NCBI GenBank assembly: GCA_965113315.1
Contig: OZ220363.1
Source of the DNA: Podarcis vaucheri
Lineage: Eukaryota
DNA: 64,000 bases
Direction: 5' to 3' (one strand)
Shown here: one piece after another, positions 13,526 through 25,922 of the stretch
Position numbering within the stretch: the stretch's first letter is position 1
How the letters are laid out: each line of letters starts with the position of its first letter
Notes under the pieces: generated by a model
What the model saw: the letters and a program-made list of their open reading frames with translations, nothing else
What the model was told of the DNA's origin: nothing
Databases searched by the model: none
Translations under genes and position numbers: made by a program

Positions 13526-15198
13526 AAACACATATAGATTCTATATGTCTTGGCTTGGCTAAACTATTTTATAATCTATTTGTCTAAAGCATTTATAGTC
13601 TGTTTAGATATTTCTATTATCGGAAGTGCCCTGAGAATGAGGTGGAAGAATAGAAGCCTGCTTTGCAGAGGAAGAAATAATTTGAGACACTGAAGGGCAG
13701 ATCTTGGCATAACACCAGGTTTTGCAATCACACAAATGGCACAATGGTGGGCTGAAGGATGCAGTGTGGACTGCAACTCTGCTTGCGCAGACTGCAACAA
13801 GGTGAGGGACATGGGAAACTGCCAGCCTAGACTTAACCGGCACCAGAGAGAAACAGCTCATCTGGTTCATATCTAGGCCCTGACAAGAGAAAGATATGAT
13901 GCTTTGTACTGGTTCTTTCACAATAGAGGATAAGAAATAAAATGCCAAAGATGTCATAGTTTGACAATCCTGTTTTGCCCATAACAGTAGCAGTTTAGTT
14001 TTCCCATTATAATTACTTCTGTGGAAACATCTAAATTTCAACAATAGAAGGTAATTGAATAAAATGCCACCAGTCAAGATAAGGCTGAAGGAAGACACAT
14101 TTGTATTTCGACAGAATTCACTTCGCTTTCAAAGACATTTGTATTTTGGTGGGCAAGATCAGAAAGATGGAGGCACCACCTAATCTTTTGCCGTAGTTTA
14201 TGTAGGCAGAACACATCTCCATCTCTATAAATTGCATGCTGAAGTACAAAGATACGGCTCACGTGTAAGGTCACCCACAACATTTTTCTTGAGAGACCAA
14301 AGTACATCAATAATATTTCTCTTAAATCTTCTTCTTCTTCTTTAACAACTACAGTTCCTGTAATTCTAAAAGCCACACCGCGGTTACGGAAATTTAAGGC
14401 CACTACAAACACAATTTAAAGCCACTGAGCTCCAGGTTTAAAAGCTGAAGCCTCATTACCTTGAGCGAGGTAGGAATAGGGAACACGTATTAATATGATG
14501 GACAGAATGTGCACCGAATACAGCATCTACTGAAACTATCTAGTCTGTGTAAAGTTATTATCCTAGCAAAAAAAAATTCCATAAGGGAAACACTGTACTT
14601 TAGGCTACCACTTTGTCCAAACACAAAGCACAATTCATTTCAACATTTTAAGTCCCATTAATTCTGATGGGACAGTTTTAGGGACATACTAAATTCCACA
14701 GGTAAAGCCAATGGGATTTAAAAGTGCTGAGCTTTGATGGATCATTTCCATATATACCTATCACTTTCCTACTGTAGGAGAATTTAGCAGTGCTCTGAAT
14801 TGTTTTGCATCCTTTCCCTAGAACCGAAGTGCTGGTTTCATCCACCCAAGTCAGTTTGTGTTTTCCTAATAAGATGAAGACTGAAGCCCTTTTCTTGTTG
14901 TTTCTGCTTCCTGCAAAAATTCAGATCATTTCTTTCCTGGCAAATCGTCTCTGGACGCTGCTAGACTGTCACTATTTTCAGGTGTGATGCAATCACATAC
15001 TGACAAGTTCAGGCTACACATTTATAGCTGATTGGGAGGTCTTGCACCACAAGCCCTGTTCTCCCAAATATCAGACTTTTTGCAAGAAGGAAAGTGAAGG
15101 GAAAATGCACTGCAAAGTGTGGGATGTAACATCTTGCTTTGATGCAATATCACCTAAATTCTCCCTGAAAACAAATAAGAAAGAGTGCTCATTATGTC

Positions 15199-16295
15199 AG
15201 AATCATAGAATCATAGAGTTGGAAGGGACCACAAGGGCCATCGAGTCCAACCCCCTGCCAAGCAGGAAACACCATCAGAGCACTCCTGACATGTGGTTGT
15301 CAAGCCTCTGCTTAAAGACCTCCAAAATAGGAGACTCCACCACACTCCTTGGCAGCAAATTCCACTGTCGAACAGCTCTTACTGTCAGGAAGTTCTTCCT
15401 AATGTTTAGGTGGAATCTTCTTTCTTGTAGTTTGGATCCATTGCTCCGTGTCCGCTTCTCTGGAGCAGCAGAAAACAACCTTTCTCCCTCCTCTATATGA
15501 CATCCTTTTATATATTTGAACATGGCTATCATATCACCCCTTAACCTCCTCTTCTCCAGGCTAAACATGCCCAGCTCCCTTAGCCGTTCCTCATAAGGCA
15601 TCGTTTCCAGACCTTTGACCATTTTGGTTGCCCTCCTCTGGACACGTTCCAGTTTGTCAGTGTCCTTCTTGAACTGTGGTGCCCAGAACTGGACACAGTA
15701 CTCCAGGTGAGGTCTGACCAGAGCAGAATACAGTGGCACTATTACTTCCCTTGATCTAGATGCTATACTCCTATTGATGCAGCCCAGAATTGCATTGGCT
15801 TTTTTAGCTGCCGCGTCACACTGTTGGCTCATGTCAAGTTTGTGGTCAACCAAGACTCCTAGATCCTTTTCACATGTACTGCTCTCAAGCCAGGTGTCAC
15901 CCATCTTGTATTTGTGCCTCTCATTATTATTTTTGCCCAAGTGCAATACTTTACATTTCTCCCTGTTAAAGTTCTTCTTGTTTGTTTTTGCCCAGTTCTC
16001 TAATCTGTCAAGGTTGTTTTGAAGTGTGATCCTGTCCTCTGGGGTGTTAGCCACCCCTCCCAGTTTGGTGTCATCTGCAAATTTGATCAGGATGCCCTTG
16101 AGTCCTTCATCCAAGCCGTTGATAAAGATGTTGAATAAGACCGGGCCCAAGACAGAACCCTGTGGCACCCCACTAGTCACTCTTTTCCAGGATGAAGAGG
16201 AACCATTGATGAGCACCCTTTGGGTTCGGTCAGTCAGCCAGTTACAAATCCACTGAGTGGTAGCATAGTCAAGACCGCATTTTACCAGCTTCTTT
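15199..16295 (-). mobile_element. 5'-truncated young CR1 (C-terminal half of RT plus 3' UTR), same family as 59741-62918
   Basis: Near-identical to 59741-60833; GVPQGS and FADD motifs; tgtcag repeated at 15195-15200 and 16295-16300. Confidence 0.95.
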
Positions 16296-16807
16296 GTCAG
16301 CATCGCTCTTGAGCCAGTGTCACCAACTGGACTCATCCACTTCAGCTCCGACTGGGCTAGGCGAGCTGGCTAGCACTTCCAGAGACCACCTTCTGGACAG
16401 GAACAGGTCAAAGTGCTGTGGACTCACAGCTTAGAGTTGTGAGCACCGGATTCACTTCCACAAGAAGACAGTCGTCGCACAGCAGAGTATAGCAGAGTAT
16501 AACAGAGCATAAACGACTCGGAGAGCAGCTCTGTAAAATATCTCCTTTATTCTATCTATAACTATAATACACAACTATATACAGAACTAAATGAGGTCTA
16601 AATGAAAATGCTGAACTGCACTGAGTGTCTGCAGCTGCTCCTAGCAGCAACCTTATCTATACAGAGATCACACAGAGTCTCTCTCTCTCTCTTTGATGTG
16701 AGGCTGAAGCGGAATAAGTAGAGAGCAGAAAACCGCCCCCTCCTCTCTGGAGAATCAGCACAGCACATCAGCAGATTCTTGGATATGGGAGGGGTGAAAT
16801 CTCCTCA
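16295..16807 (-). mobile_element. Solo LTR (~513 bp) interrupted at its terminus by the CR1
   Basis: TG...CA ends; 5-bp TSD catta at 15190-15194 and 16808-16812 once the CR1 is removed; AATAAA on the minus strand at 16546-16551. Confidence 0.65.
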
Positions 16808-19511
16808 CATTAAATAGCCAATGTTGTCTATTCTCCCTTCAAAAAAGTCAGGATCAATGCTCAATAAACTGCTGTCATAATGTACTAGGTGGGCTGGAAA
16901 ATTCCCAGCATTGATGTATGAAACAATAGTGCAAATGAAGAGCAGAGCTGCTCCGTTGCACAGTCCCCTGCTTACTGTCACCCCTTCTACAGAAATAACT
17001 CCCTTTGATTTAATAATGTTGGCATTTATATGCATAATAGATTATCTGTCTCCAAGCCAACTCAGTCATGTTTAGCAAGGTATTGAAAGACTGCAGCATA
17101 TGCTCACAGTTCGATGTTTTCCCCTTATCTCCCACCATCACTTTATTACAAGCCACAGGTGAAATTTTCCCTATAATTCTATTTCCATACCAGAAAAGCT
17201 TAACCTGTTGAAATTCTGCATGCCATATAGCTTTTAAAGTCACAAGAACCCTGCTCTCCCCCATGCCAACCCTAAACCAAAGCCTAGGCTTTGATCCTGT
17301 ATTCACTCACCTGAGAGCAAGTTAAATGCTAAACACAAAGAGACTTATTTCATAGCAGACATATTGTGTCTTAATAAGTGCCTTGGCTTTAGCTCCTGTC
17401 TCCATGCCTAAGCCATTTTGCAAAGTTGTCACATTTTGCATTTGCCATTTGGGAGGAAGGTGATTCTTTAACACCCACCTGTACTGTACTCACAGTGCAG
17501 TAGAATTTGCAGAAAATAACTCCAAATAATATGAAGATAACAAGGCCAGCAGCTTTTGCTAAACAGGCCGGCAACATTGAAACAGCACAAAAGCCCCAAA
17601 CAAATGATGATGATAGTAATAAATATATGAGAAAATAAATTGCAAATTTGGTGAAGATTGTTCGTTGTTGTATTGTATCCACCATAATGTAACATTTCTT
17701 GTTTGTATGATGCTTGAATTTTGTTTTCTTACATTCTTTTTCAAAGAAATCAAAAATCAAAAAAGAAATACTTGTTACTGTATTGTTTTAAAAGAACAGG
17801 AATCTGCCTTATGCAGAGTTGGACCACAGGTCCGTCTAGCTCCAAACACAGATTTACAGCAAGTTTTCAAGGTGTCTAAAACTCTTCAATCCAACAATGA
17901 AATAAAACACTGTGAGTGCTACTGGTTACTAAACCATAGCCTCGAAAATTCCACAGATGGAGTGATAGCTGGGCGCAAGGGACCAGGAAGGAAGTCACAC
18001 ATGAACCACTGGAAGTTCAGTCAATGGATGAGACACATTGCAGTGTCTGTAGTAGCCGAAACAACAAGATACTAAAGTTGCCACTGGGGCAAAGAAGCAA
18101 GAGTCTTCAGGTGAAAGGGGCTCTGGTTTGGGGGGAGCTCCTGCAGACAGGAGGACGCTACCCCAGCCACCCTTAATGATGAGCCTCCAATGTTTCCATA
18201 TGTAGCTAAAACACTTGGTCTGATGATATCTGCTTCTGGACTGGAGATCTGGCTGATGATGGTATCCTGTCATCCACACTTTGTAGCGAATGTGTTCTCA
18301 AGAGTCAGCCTGCATGGCCTGCTCAGAGATTGGTAAACATACAGTCACCCTAGAAACCATGAACTGTAAACACCTCAGCTGTTAGTGGCAATGGAAGAGC
18401 TCCGAGCCAGGAATGTTGAAAAGGCTTCTCATTCCTTGCCAGAACAAAACAAAAAGGCGGCATTGTTAATCCATCTCTGAGCTGGATTATCTTTTCCAAA
18501 TCAGCCGCTAGCCCTTTGAGTGTCAAATGGACCATTTAGGGGTGTGGGGAAAACAGCTGGTTTTTACTGGGCAGGTACATAGGAGACCACTAAGTAAAAC
18601 CTTATTTGGCTGTTATTTAGAATGTCCCCGTGCCAGTGGATGAAATTCATTTCCTTGTTTCAGACAAATCTAGCCTCACCCAGGTAGAGCAGCTGTGTTA
18701 CATTTGACAAGGACAGAATCTTCAGAGAGAAAGAGGAGGGGAATTGTTGGATGGAGGCAGTGTTTATCCCCACCTCCATTCAATATTAAATCTCCCGGCA
18801 GGAGTGTGGGACAGATATAAGTGGGTCATACAGCATCGTGGAGAAAATAAATGTCATTTCAAATGTGGTGACTCTGTGCAAGAGCTGCACTTTGGTTTCA
18901 AATCAAAGGCGTCTTGCTGAAGCTCAGCAACACATAAACACATTTCAGTTTATCTCCACGTTGACTTAAAAATAATTAAAATCCCAAATGGAAAGGAGGT
19001 AGACTTTTTAGTTCCTCAAGACTTCGCAAATTGCTATGATGGGAAAGGCGGGGGAAAGCTTTCTGAAGTAAAGGTAGTGACCTATTTCACTTACGTGAAG
19101 CAACCGGAATTAAATTTATTTCAGCTTTAAAACACAGCAGCCATTTGAACAATTTAACACAGGCTCCCTGCCGCCGCCCGCCCCCCCCCCCGCTATTAAC
19201 AGAGGCCATTAATAAGTAACATTTACAGGTTTGTGTCAGCTTTCACCGTCTTTGCAATGTGCACCCCAGTGTAGATTTGAACTGTAGCAACCTCAGAAAG
19301 AATATATGGGCCATGCCCTTTGTCTGGCATATATCAGTAGAATACACTGAAATCATTACTTACGTGGATTTATGATAGCATGATCAGGGGCATTTATTTT
19401 CATAAATAAATTCCTTTTTATATCATCGCTACATTCCTGCATGTAAAAGAAATATAAAAGAATGCAGACACCTTTCCCATGGGCCCTCCCCCCCCAACTT
19501 TCCTGTGGGCC

Positions 19512-20062
19512 TGTCACAGACTGGAGGTAGAGGAAAGGTGGCAGGAACCAGCTGGGGAACCCGCACAGGAAACAGGCTCAGAAGCTGGGGATTGGTGGTG
19601 GGACAATGATGAGTGATTGCAAGGAAAAGAGGGAGCGGACTGGGAGGAGGTAACAGGGTTCAGTGAGTGGGGGAAGCCTGTAGCAGAGAGAAGTCCAGAA
19701 TCACAGGCAGAAGCTGAAGCAGGAGAGGAGGGAGGCCAAGAGGCAGAGATGAGTCCGGCTGGTGAAGAGTCACGGGTGTATCCCCCTCCTGCTGCAACAA
19801 ACTCCCCTCCCCACTGGTATCCCAGGACCAGGAGAGGCATGAAGAGTGCAGAGAAGTTAGCTTCATACAGACACAGTCTCAGATTGCTTAGGAAAACCCT
19901 GGCAAGGAGAGGACTTAGGAAGCTGTGGGGAGGCAGGGACCTTCCGTCTCACTCAGCAAGTGCTTCATGGAAGCAAGACCTGCCTGTGCAGATCATGTTT
20001 TTGCTAATGAAGTGTTGACTCCAACTTGCTTGGTGTGATTTACTCCTGGCTTGCTCCTGTCA
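19512..20062 (+). mobile_element. Probable older solo LTR with an acidic/Arg-rich ORF remnant
   Basis: Starts TGTCACA and ends ...CCTGTCA; GA-rich body sharply bounded from its flanks; TSD only partial (gggcc/atgcc). Confidence 0.5.
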
Positions 20063-20270
20063 ATGCCCTTCCTTTCTTCTCTTTCTCTTTGGCTACTTTA
20101 TGCTCCGTTCCTCTTCTTGTCTATGCCCAGGCCTTTTGTGAACTTTATTCCCTCTTATCAGCCACACTAATTGTAAATGTTCTGTTGCTAAAAACTCATC
20201 CCAAAGTGTCAAAATATTTGGGAGTATTTCATGATATCATAATAGCTTAATCAATACCCCCAATCCCCCC

Positions 20271-20274
<4 letters not shown>

Positions 20275-20316
<42 letters not shown>
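20275..20316 (+). repeat. (TG)n microsatellite
   Basis: Direct reading. Confidence 0.97.
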
Positions 20317-20317
<1 letters not shown>

Positions 20318-20405
20318 ATAGCTGTCATGTTTTCCCTTTTCTTGTGAGGAATCCTATTCGGAATAAGGGAATTTCCCTTAAAAAAGGAAAACGTTGACAG
20401 CTATG
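20317..20405. mobile_element. 89-bp hAT-type MITE inserted in a (TG)n microsatellite
   Basis: 11-bp TIR catagctgtca/tgacagctatg; gtgtgtgt on both sides. Confidence 0.75.
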
Positions 20406-20466
20406 GTGTGTGTGTGACAACTGGTAACTTTATCCTCTATGTAAGAGTGCATGATAAACAAATGTA

Positions 20467-20708
20467 CAGTGGTACCTCGGGTTAAGTACTTAATTCGTTC
20501 TGGAAGTTCGTTCTTAACCTGAAACTGTTCTTAACCTGAAGCACCACTTTAGCTAATGGGGCCTCCTGCTGCCGCCACACCGCCAGAGCCCGATTTCTGT
20601 TCTTATCCTGAAGCAAAGTTCTTAACCTGAAGCACTATTTCTGGGTTAGCGGAGTGTGTAGCCTGAAGCGTATGTAACCTGAAGCGTATGTAACCCAAGG
20701 TATCACTG
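20467..20708. mobile_element. Tc1/mariner (Tigger-like) MITE
   Basis: TA|CAGTGGTACCTCGGGTTA...TAACCCAAGGTATCACTG|TA; internal ttcttaacctgaa repeats. Confidence 0.85.
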
Positions 20709-21180
20709 TATTTGAAAGAAACTAGTGTGCCTGTTGCTGGATTGCAGGCACTATGTTTCAACTGACTTTGAAGGTAGATAGATAAAGAACTAGAAAGACC
20801 TATTGAATGTATGGCTGAGTATAAACCATTCACTTTAATGTTTCCTAAAAAGTTTCACTCATTTTTGTCCAAGATTTGAACTGTGCGGCCCTGCAATCAC
20901 ATCTCTTTACCCCATAATTATCTAGTCAATGATTTAAATACTTACATCCTTTTTTATCTTGTATTGTCAACATAAATTGAAGTTCCTGCGGTGGCTTAAA
21001 CACTAACATAACAAACAAAAACAGCAGCAATCAAAAAATAAAGACTACTCCAAGTTAAAAATGCTTTAAAAGTTCTTTAAAATCCTGAAATGTTCTTGCA
21101 TGGTACCTAAATGATTGTACTGAGGGCACCTGAGGGCTGAGTTGGCGCAGAATGTCTTGGCTGGCGCAGAAATCAGCATC

Positions 21181-21313
21181 CATGGGCATAGCCAGAGGGG
21201 GCAGCTGCCCCCCTAAATCACTAAAAATCAATAAAAATACATAGCTAACTGAGGTTCTGCCCCCTAAGAAAAGGCCTGCCCCCCTCCCAACAAAAATCCT
21301 GGCTATGCCCATG
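21181..21313. mobile_element. hAT-type MITE
   Basis: 15-bp TIR catgggcatagccag/ctggctatgcccatg; imperfect 8-bp TSD tcagcatc/tctgcatg. Confidence 0.75.
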
Positions 21314-21860
21314 TCTGCATGCCCCACAACATCTCTCCAAGCTGCCATGTGGCAGGGCTGTGGTCCACGCCAAGCTCATGGGGGGCAATTCAGTTCTTTA
21401 AAATCTGATGATAATAGAACAATGTATTATGTTGTGGAAGGAAGTTGACAACTGATGGTATATAAGAACTGCTACATATGGTTTAATATTGTCTTCAATT
21501 TATTGAGAGTGGGAGTCCTGGGATTTGGAAAGGTGTACCATATTTTTTTCTTTCTGAGTCCCCCCCCCCATCTGCAAACTTCTGACATTCTAACAAGGTT
21601 TCAAATTTTGATTTTATTTTTATTTTTTTAAAAAGATAAATGCTGGAAAAGAGAAAGGGCTTATAAATGGCAATCCTATATCCACACATACTGCAGTAAG
21701 GCTTAGAGCAAATCCTTATTTTCCTGGAAAGAATTTTTCCCCACCCCATTCTGTATTCCTTCATTTCATTTAGTATATTTGAAAAAATGGGTGTGTGGCA
21801 AAAAATACCTTTATAATATTAATAGTATTTAGCTAGACATAGGGATTTAGGTGAGATAAG

Positions 21861-21875
21861 GCACCACCTAGTGGT
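21861..21875 (-). promoter_or_regulatory. CTCF-like motif
   Basis: Minus strand ACCACTAGGTGGTGC resembles the core CCACYAGRKGGCRS; motif match only. Confidence 0.4.
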
Positions 21876-22698
21876 GAGAGTTGCATTTGAAACAACTTAA
21901 TAATATTTTAAGTTGGATTCGGCATTTCCAGATGTGAAGTTGCAAGGCAGAAAAGCCTAAGGTTACAAAAAATATGTAAGAGGCCAGCAACTTCAGCAAC
22001 GTTCTGCTGCTAGGTTTAGACGCTCACAAATTTTATCTAACATTTTTATTAAGGGTTTGCACACACAACCACAAGATTCATTTTGGATCCCACTTTGAAG
22101 CTGGTGACTGCAGAACGCAATCCTGCAGCCAGGGAACAAACTGGCGAAGCAGCACTTGGCAGGATTGAACCCCGCTCATCAGATGACATCGTCCAATGAT
22201 GTCAGTTGATGGCAGGTGTGGTTTGTGAAACATGATCTTGCAGGCCAAAGCTGGGATCTTTGGAGGAGTCCCTACCCCTGGCATAGACAACGCTGAGATC
22301 GATTGAGTAGATCTGACTCAATATAAGCCAGCTTCCTATCTTCCTATGAACCTGGGACTTTCCACATGTAAACATATGGTCTGTCACTGAACTGTTGCTC
22401 CTCCATCTTTTGATCCTTCTCTGCAAAGCAGGAGTGCTCCACTTTAGAAATTTATTTCTAGAAATAACCAGTTGCAGAATGCCAGGAATGAAAACAAATT
22501 TGTTCCCACTTGAGTGACTGGGCTAATACATCCCCTGCACTTTCATCATAATGTAAACTAATGAGATCAAATGCCATTTTAATGAAAACATGGCATCTCT
22601 AGTTTATTGATTTATTTCTACTTAAATCACACTTGATAGCACAAACAGGAGAACTTGCTCCTCCAGCCAAAGCACTTTTATATTCAGGACAATAACTA

Positions 22699-22913
22699 CA
22701 GTGGTACCTTGGGTTACAGACACTTCAGGTTACAGACTCTGCTAACCCAGAAATAGTACCTCGGGTTAAGAACTTTGCTTCAAGATGAGAACAGAATTTG
22801 TGTGGCGGCAGCCGAAGGCCCCATTAGCTAAAGTGGTACCTCAGGTTAAGAACAATTTCAGGTTAAGAATAGAACTCCAGAACGAATTAAGTTCTTAACC
22901 CGAAGTACCACTG
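22699..22913. mobile_element. Tc1/mariner MITE, same family, opposite orientation to 20467
   Basis: TA TSD; CAGTGGTAC TIRs. Confidence 0.85.
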
Positions 22914-25909
22914 TATTAATATCTCTCTTCATCCCCTTCCCTCAACCAGAAAGCCTTTAGAACCTTCCAACCAAGCGAGGCATTGTATTATTGATGCAGC
23001 AGGCTTCAAAAAGAGAATGTGGTCAGATGGAAGCCTTCTCAAATTCATGAAAATATGAGGTGATTGATATAAAAAGCATTCTTTGTCACCATATAACTCT
23101 AGCCATATAGTTTTGCTACGAGCCCTCATTTAAGAATGTAAGAGCTGACTCAGAGCAGGTCAAATTCTCTGTCCATCAAGCTGAGTTTTTGGCTCCCATC
23201 TCCTGCTGTCTGATCCCTTTTAACTTAGATTCCAAAGAATGGAACATGGGACTTTCTGTATTCAAAGTATATGTTCTAACAAACACATATTTTTGTAAGA
23301 TTGTATTGGGCTGCTTTTTTTTCTATTCCAGGAGCAGAAATTCAGTTGCACAGCTGCCTAAAATGAATTCCTCCATTAATTTCAAAGGCAGAGCCAAATC
23401 CTTTGCTTGCACAGATTGCTGCTGTCTATTGCATTTAATGGGGTCCTTTTTGTTCCCTCTAATCATATGGATCATTGAATGCATGTAGTTTCAGTCAAAA
23501 CTTTTTATTATGAAGGACACTGAATCCAGAGATAGCTCTAAAAATAACTTTACTGTTTTATAGGATTTTTATGACAAACTGTAATTGGAATATTATAAAT
23601 TGTTTCAAAAGATTCAGACAGAAATATAGATCTCCAAAATACATAACAATCGTTTGTAATTTAAATGATAACTTATAATTACATAAGTACTTAAGAGGCA
23701 CTAAAAGTTATTTTAAATAGCCATAACCTTCAAATTGCTGATTTATTTTGAGAGGTGACACTAATACATGTAGCTCAGAAACCACTGAGAACACAACATC
23801 AAATTCTGGTTATTTCATGTGGCATAAGATATACGTCTCCTTTTTGCTCAGCATTTCCAGGACATTCAAAACTGCTGCACATACTAACTGATTTCCCAAA
23901 ACCAGTATATTGTGCAGAGGTCAGAGAAAAGTCAACTCAATGAAATATTGTCATTGTACATTTTACATAAGCCAGTGTGGGCATGTTGTTGAAACGACCA
24001 CAAAAATCTATTCAACTTATATCTTCGATTAATTAAAATCTGCAGATAAGATTTCGGTTTTCTGGTAATATTCACCGATAGCCAAAGAATTTCTTCTTTT
24101 ATGGGAAAAAGGAGAGGGGGGAAAAGGAAATCCGTTAGTTAATTACGGGAGGGGGAAGATAAACACTAATTTGTCAGAACAGGTGCATTAAGTTTGATAA
24201 TGTTTAAAAAATTTATAGAAGCAGTTTCTTCAAGGTCCTATGTGACTTATGAAGCCTAATTTTCTTTTCATAGCTCTGTGATAAAATTTTATCCACGTTA
24301 TAAAAAGGGTCTTTACTAAAAATGACCGGAAATCTGAACTACCTGGCCATGCAATAAAAACACATTCCACTGTTGCAAAGTGTCAGGCAAGCCAAGTTTA
24401 GCTAGAAATTGATCGATAAGTCTTCCTTTTACACTTGAGTGCATTCACTTTTTCTTCATTGGATAATAGTTTTTTTTAATGGGTTTTCCATTAATATTGG
24501 TCTTTACTGTTAGCAAGAAAAGGCAGACATTAAAAAGAGACAGGAACAGCAAAGAAAAAGTTTAGTGATCTTTAATGATATGGTGCAAAATACCAGGAAG
24601 TGTTATGATGTTCCCTTAAAAAAAAACAGGTGTCATGTTAAATGCTGTTGGCTGTTCCAGCAGAGCAAAAGGGATGTAAAACACAGTTGAGATAGACTGC
24701 TTGGGAGAGATTCCGCCTTTATTCTGGGAAAATCCATAGATGTAAGAGAGTCTATGGTCAACAACATTAAAAGAAAATATAGCTATTTCTTGTGGGGTTC
24801 CTACATCCATATTTCTCAAAGCAATTTGCTAACCAGCAAAAAGCTTAATTCTGGAACTCACTGTCCGCCTTTAATATTTCAGGTTCCTCCTTTTTGACAT
24901 TGAACATTGTCCATAGCTACAAGAAATAAAACTTGACAAAAGGATAAAAGTGGATGGCTCTTTTTACACGCAAACTGTAAAATTGGAGCGACACTTAATT
25001 GTGGTCAGGTTACGGTCCAAGTATATGGCCTGGAACAGCTTGCAAGCTGAACTTCCCCAACCCGCATCTCCCCAGCACACATTCCACTGAATGGTTATAT
25101 GAGGTGCTTACAGTTCCTTTGAGGCAGTGCTGTAAAAGCAGGAGTGAAGCTAGGACTTTATGGATGAGAATGTTATTGGTTTCACTGCTTAACTAAGGGA
25201 GATATTACCAGTTAGCGAAAGCTCAGTGCATTTACAGACGTACGTAAAATTGTGAGTCAGAAATAGGTGGAGATTGTTCAACTACTATGGTATATTTTTT
25301 GGACTGATGGTCAGAGAACTCGGTGCGAATACATAGATTACCACCCACTTTACTACACTCAAGTAGGCTTGGTTCCTGAATTCTTGATAAAAATAGAATG
25401 CATGGGCAGAAGATGAGGATAGTGGAGGGAGAAAGTAGTTCTGTGGTGGGTCCATCTGGGTGCAGAACTGAACAGAGGGCACCTGTGTAGGGGGCAACCA
25501 TGCTATCCTGACCAGACTGGGAGTGTAGGCTTCTAGGCTCTGGAATTTATCATCATGGGGCAGATCCCAGAGTCGACTGTAAAATGTGATCCTGAATAAA
25601 GACTAATAGGAAAGGAGCTATTGTTTATCGACTGCAGTCCCTGGCATTCATTAAACAGAATTGTCTGCATAAGCTGTGGTCTGCCTGGCATGGATTAGTC
25701 TCTGGCTGTCACTCTCCAAAGGTCACTGAGGGGACAGAAAAATACATGATGCATCTGAAACCATTAACATTTGTTAACTAATCCGGATACCAACCAAACA
25801 CATTTTAGCAACACTAAAATGCATTAGCAGCAAAGGCTCGCAGAGCTAAACCAAGGACTCAGCTACATTAGTCAAAAAGCAATGCTTTGAATGCGTTATA
25901 AGCATGCAA

Positions 25910-25922
25910 CACCAGATGGCAC
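25910..25922 (+). promoter_or_regulatory. CTCF-like motif
   Basis: CACCAGATGGCAC; motif match only. Confidence 0.4.

Noticed and set aside
15042-16256. Plus-strand ORFs over the CR1 copies (also 59838-61757)
   Set aside because: Antisense shadows of CR1 ORF2; their recurrence in both copies only reflects recent common origin.
17389-17760. Three overlapping hydrophobic minus-strand ORFs
   Set aside because: T-rich strand composition yields hydrophobic translations in all frames; no family recognised.
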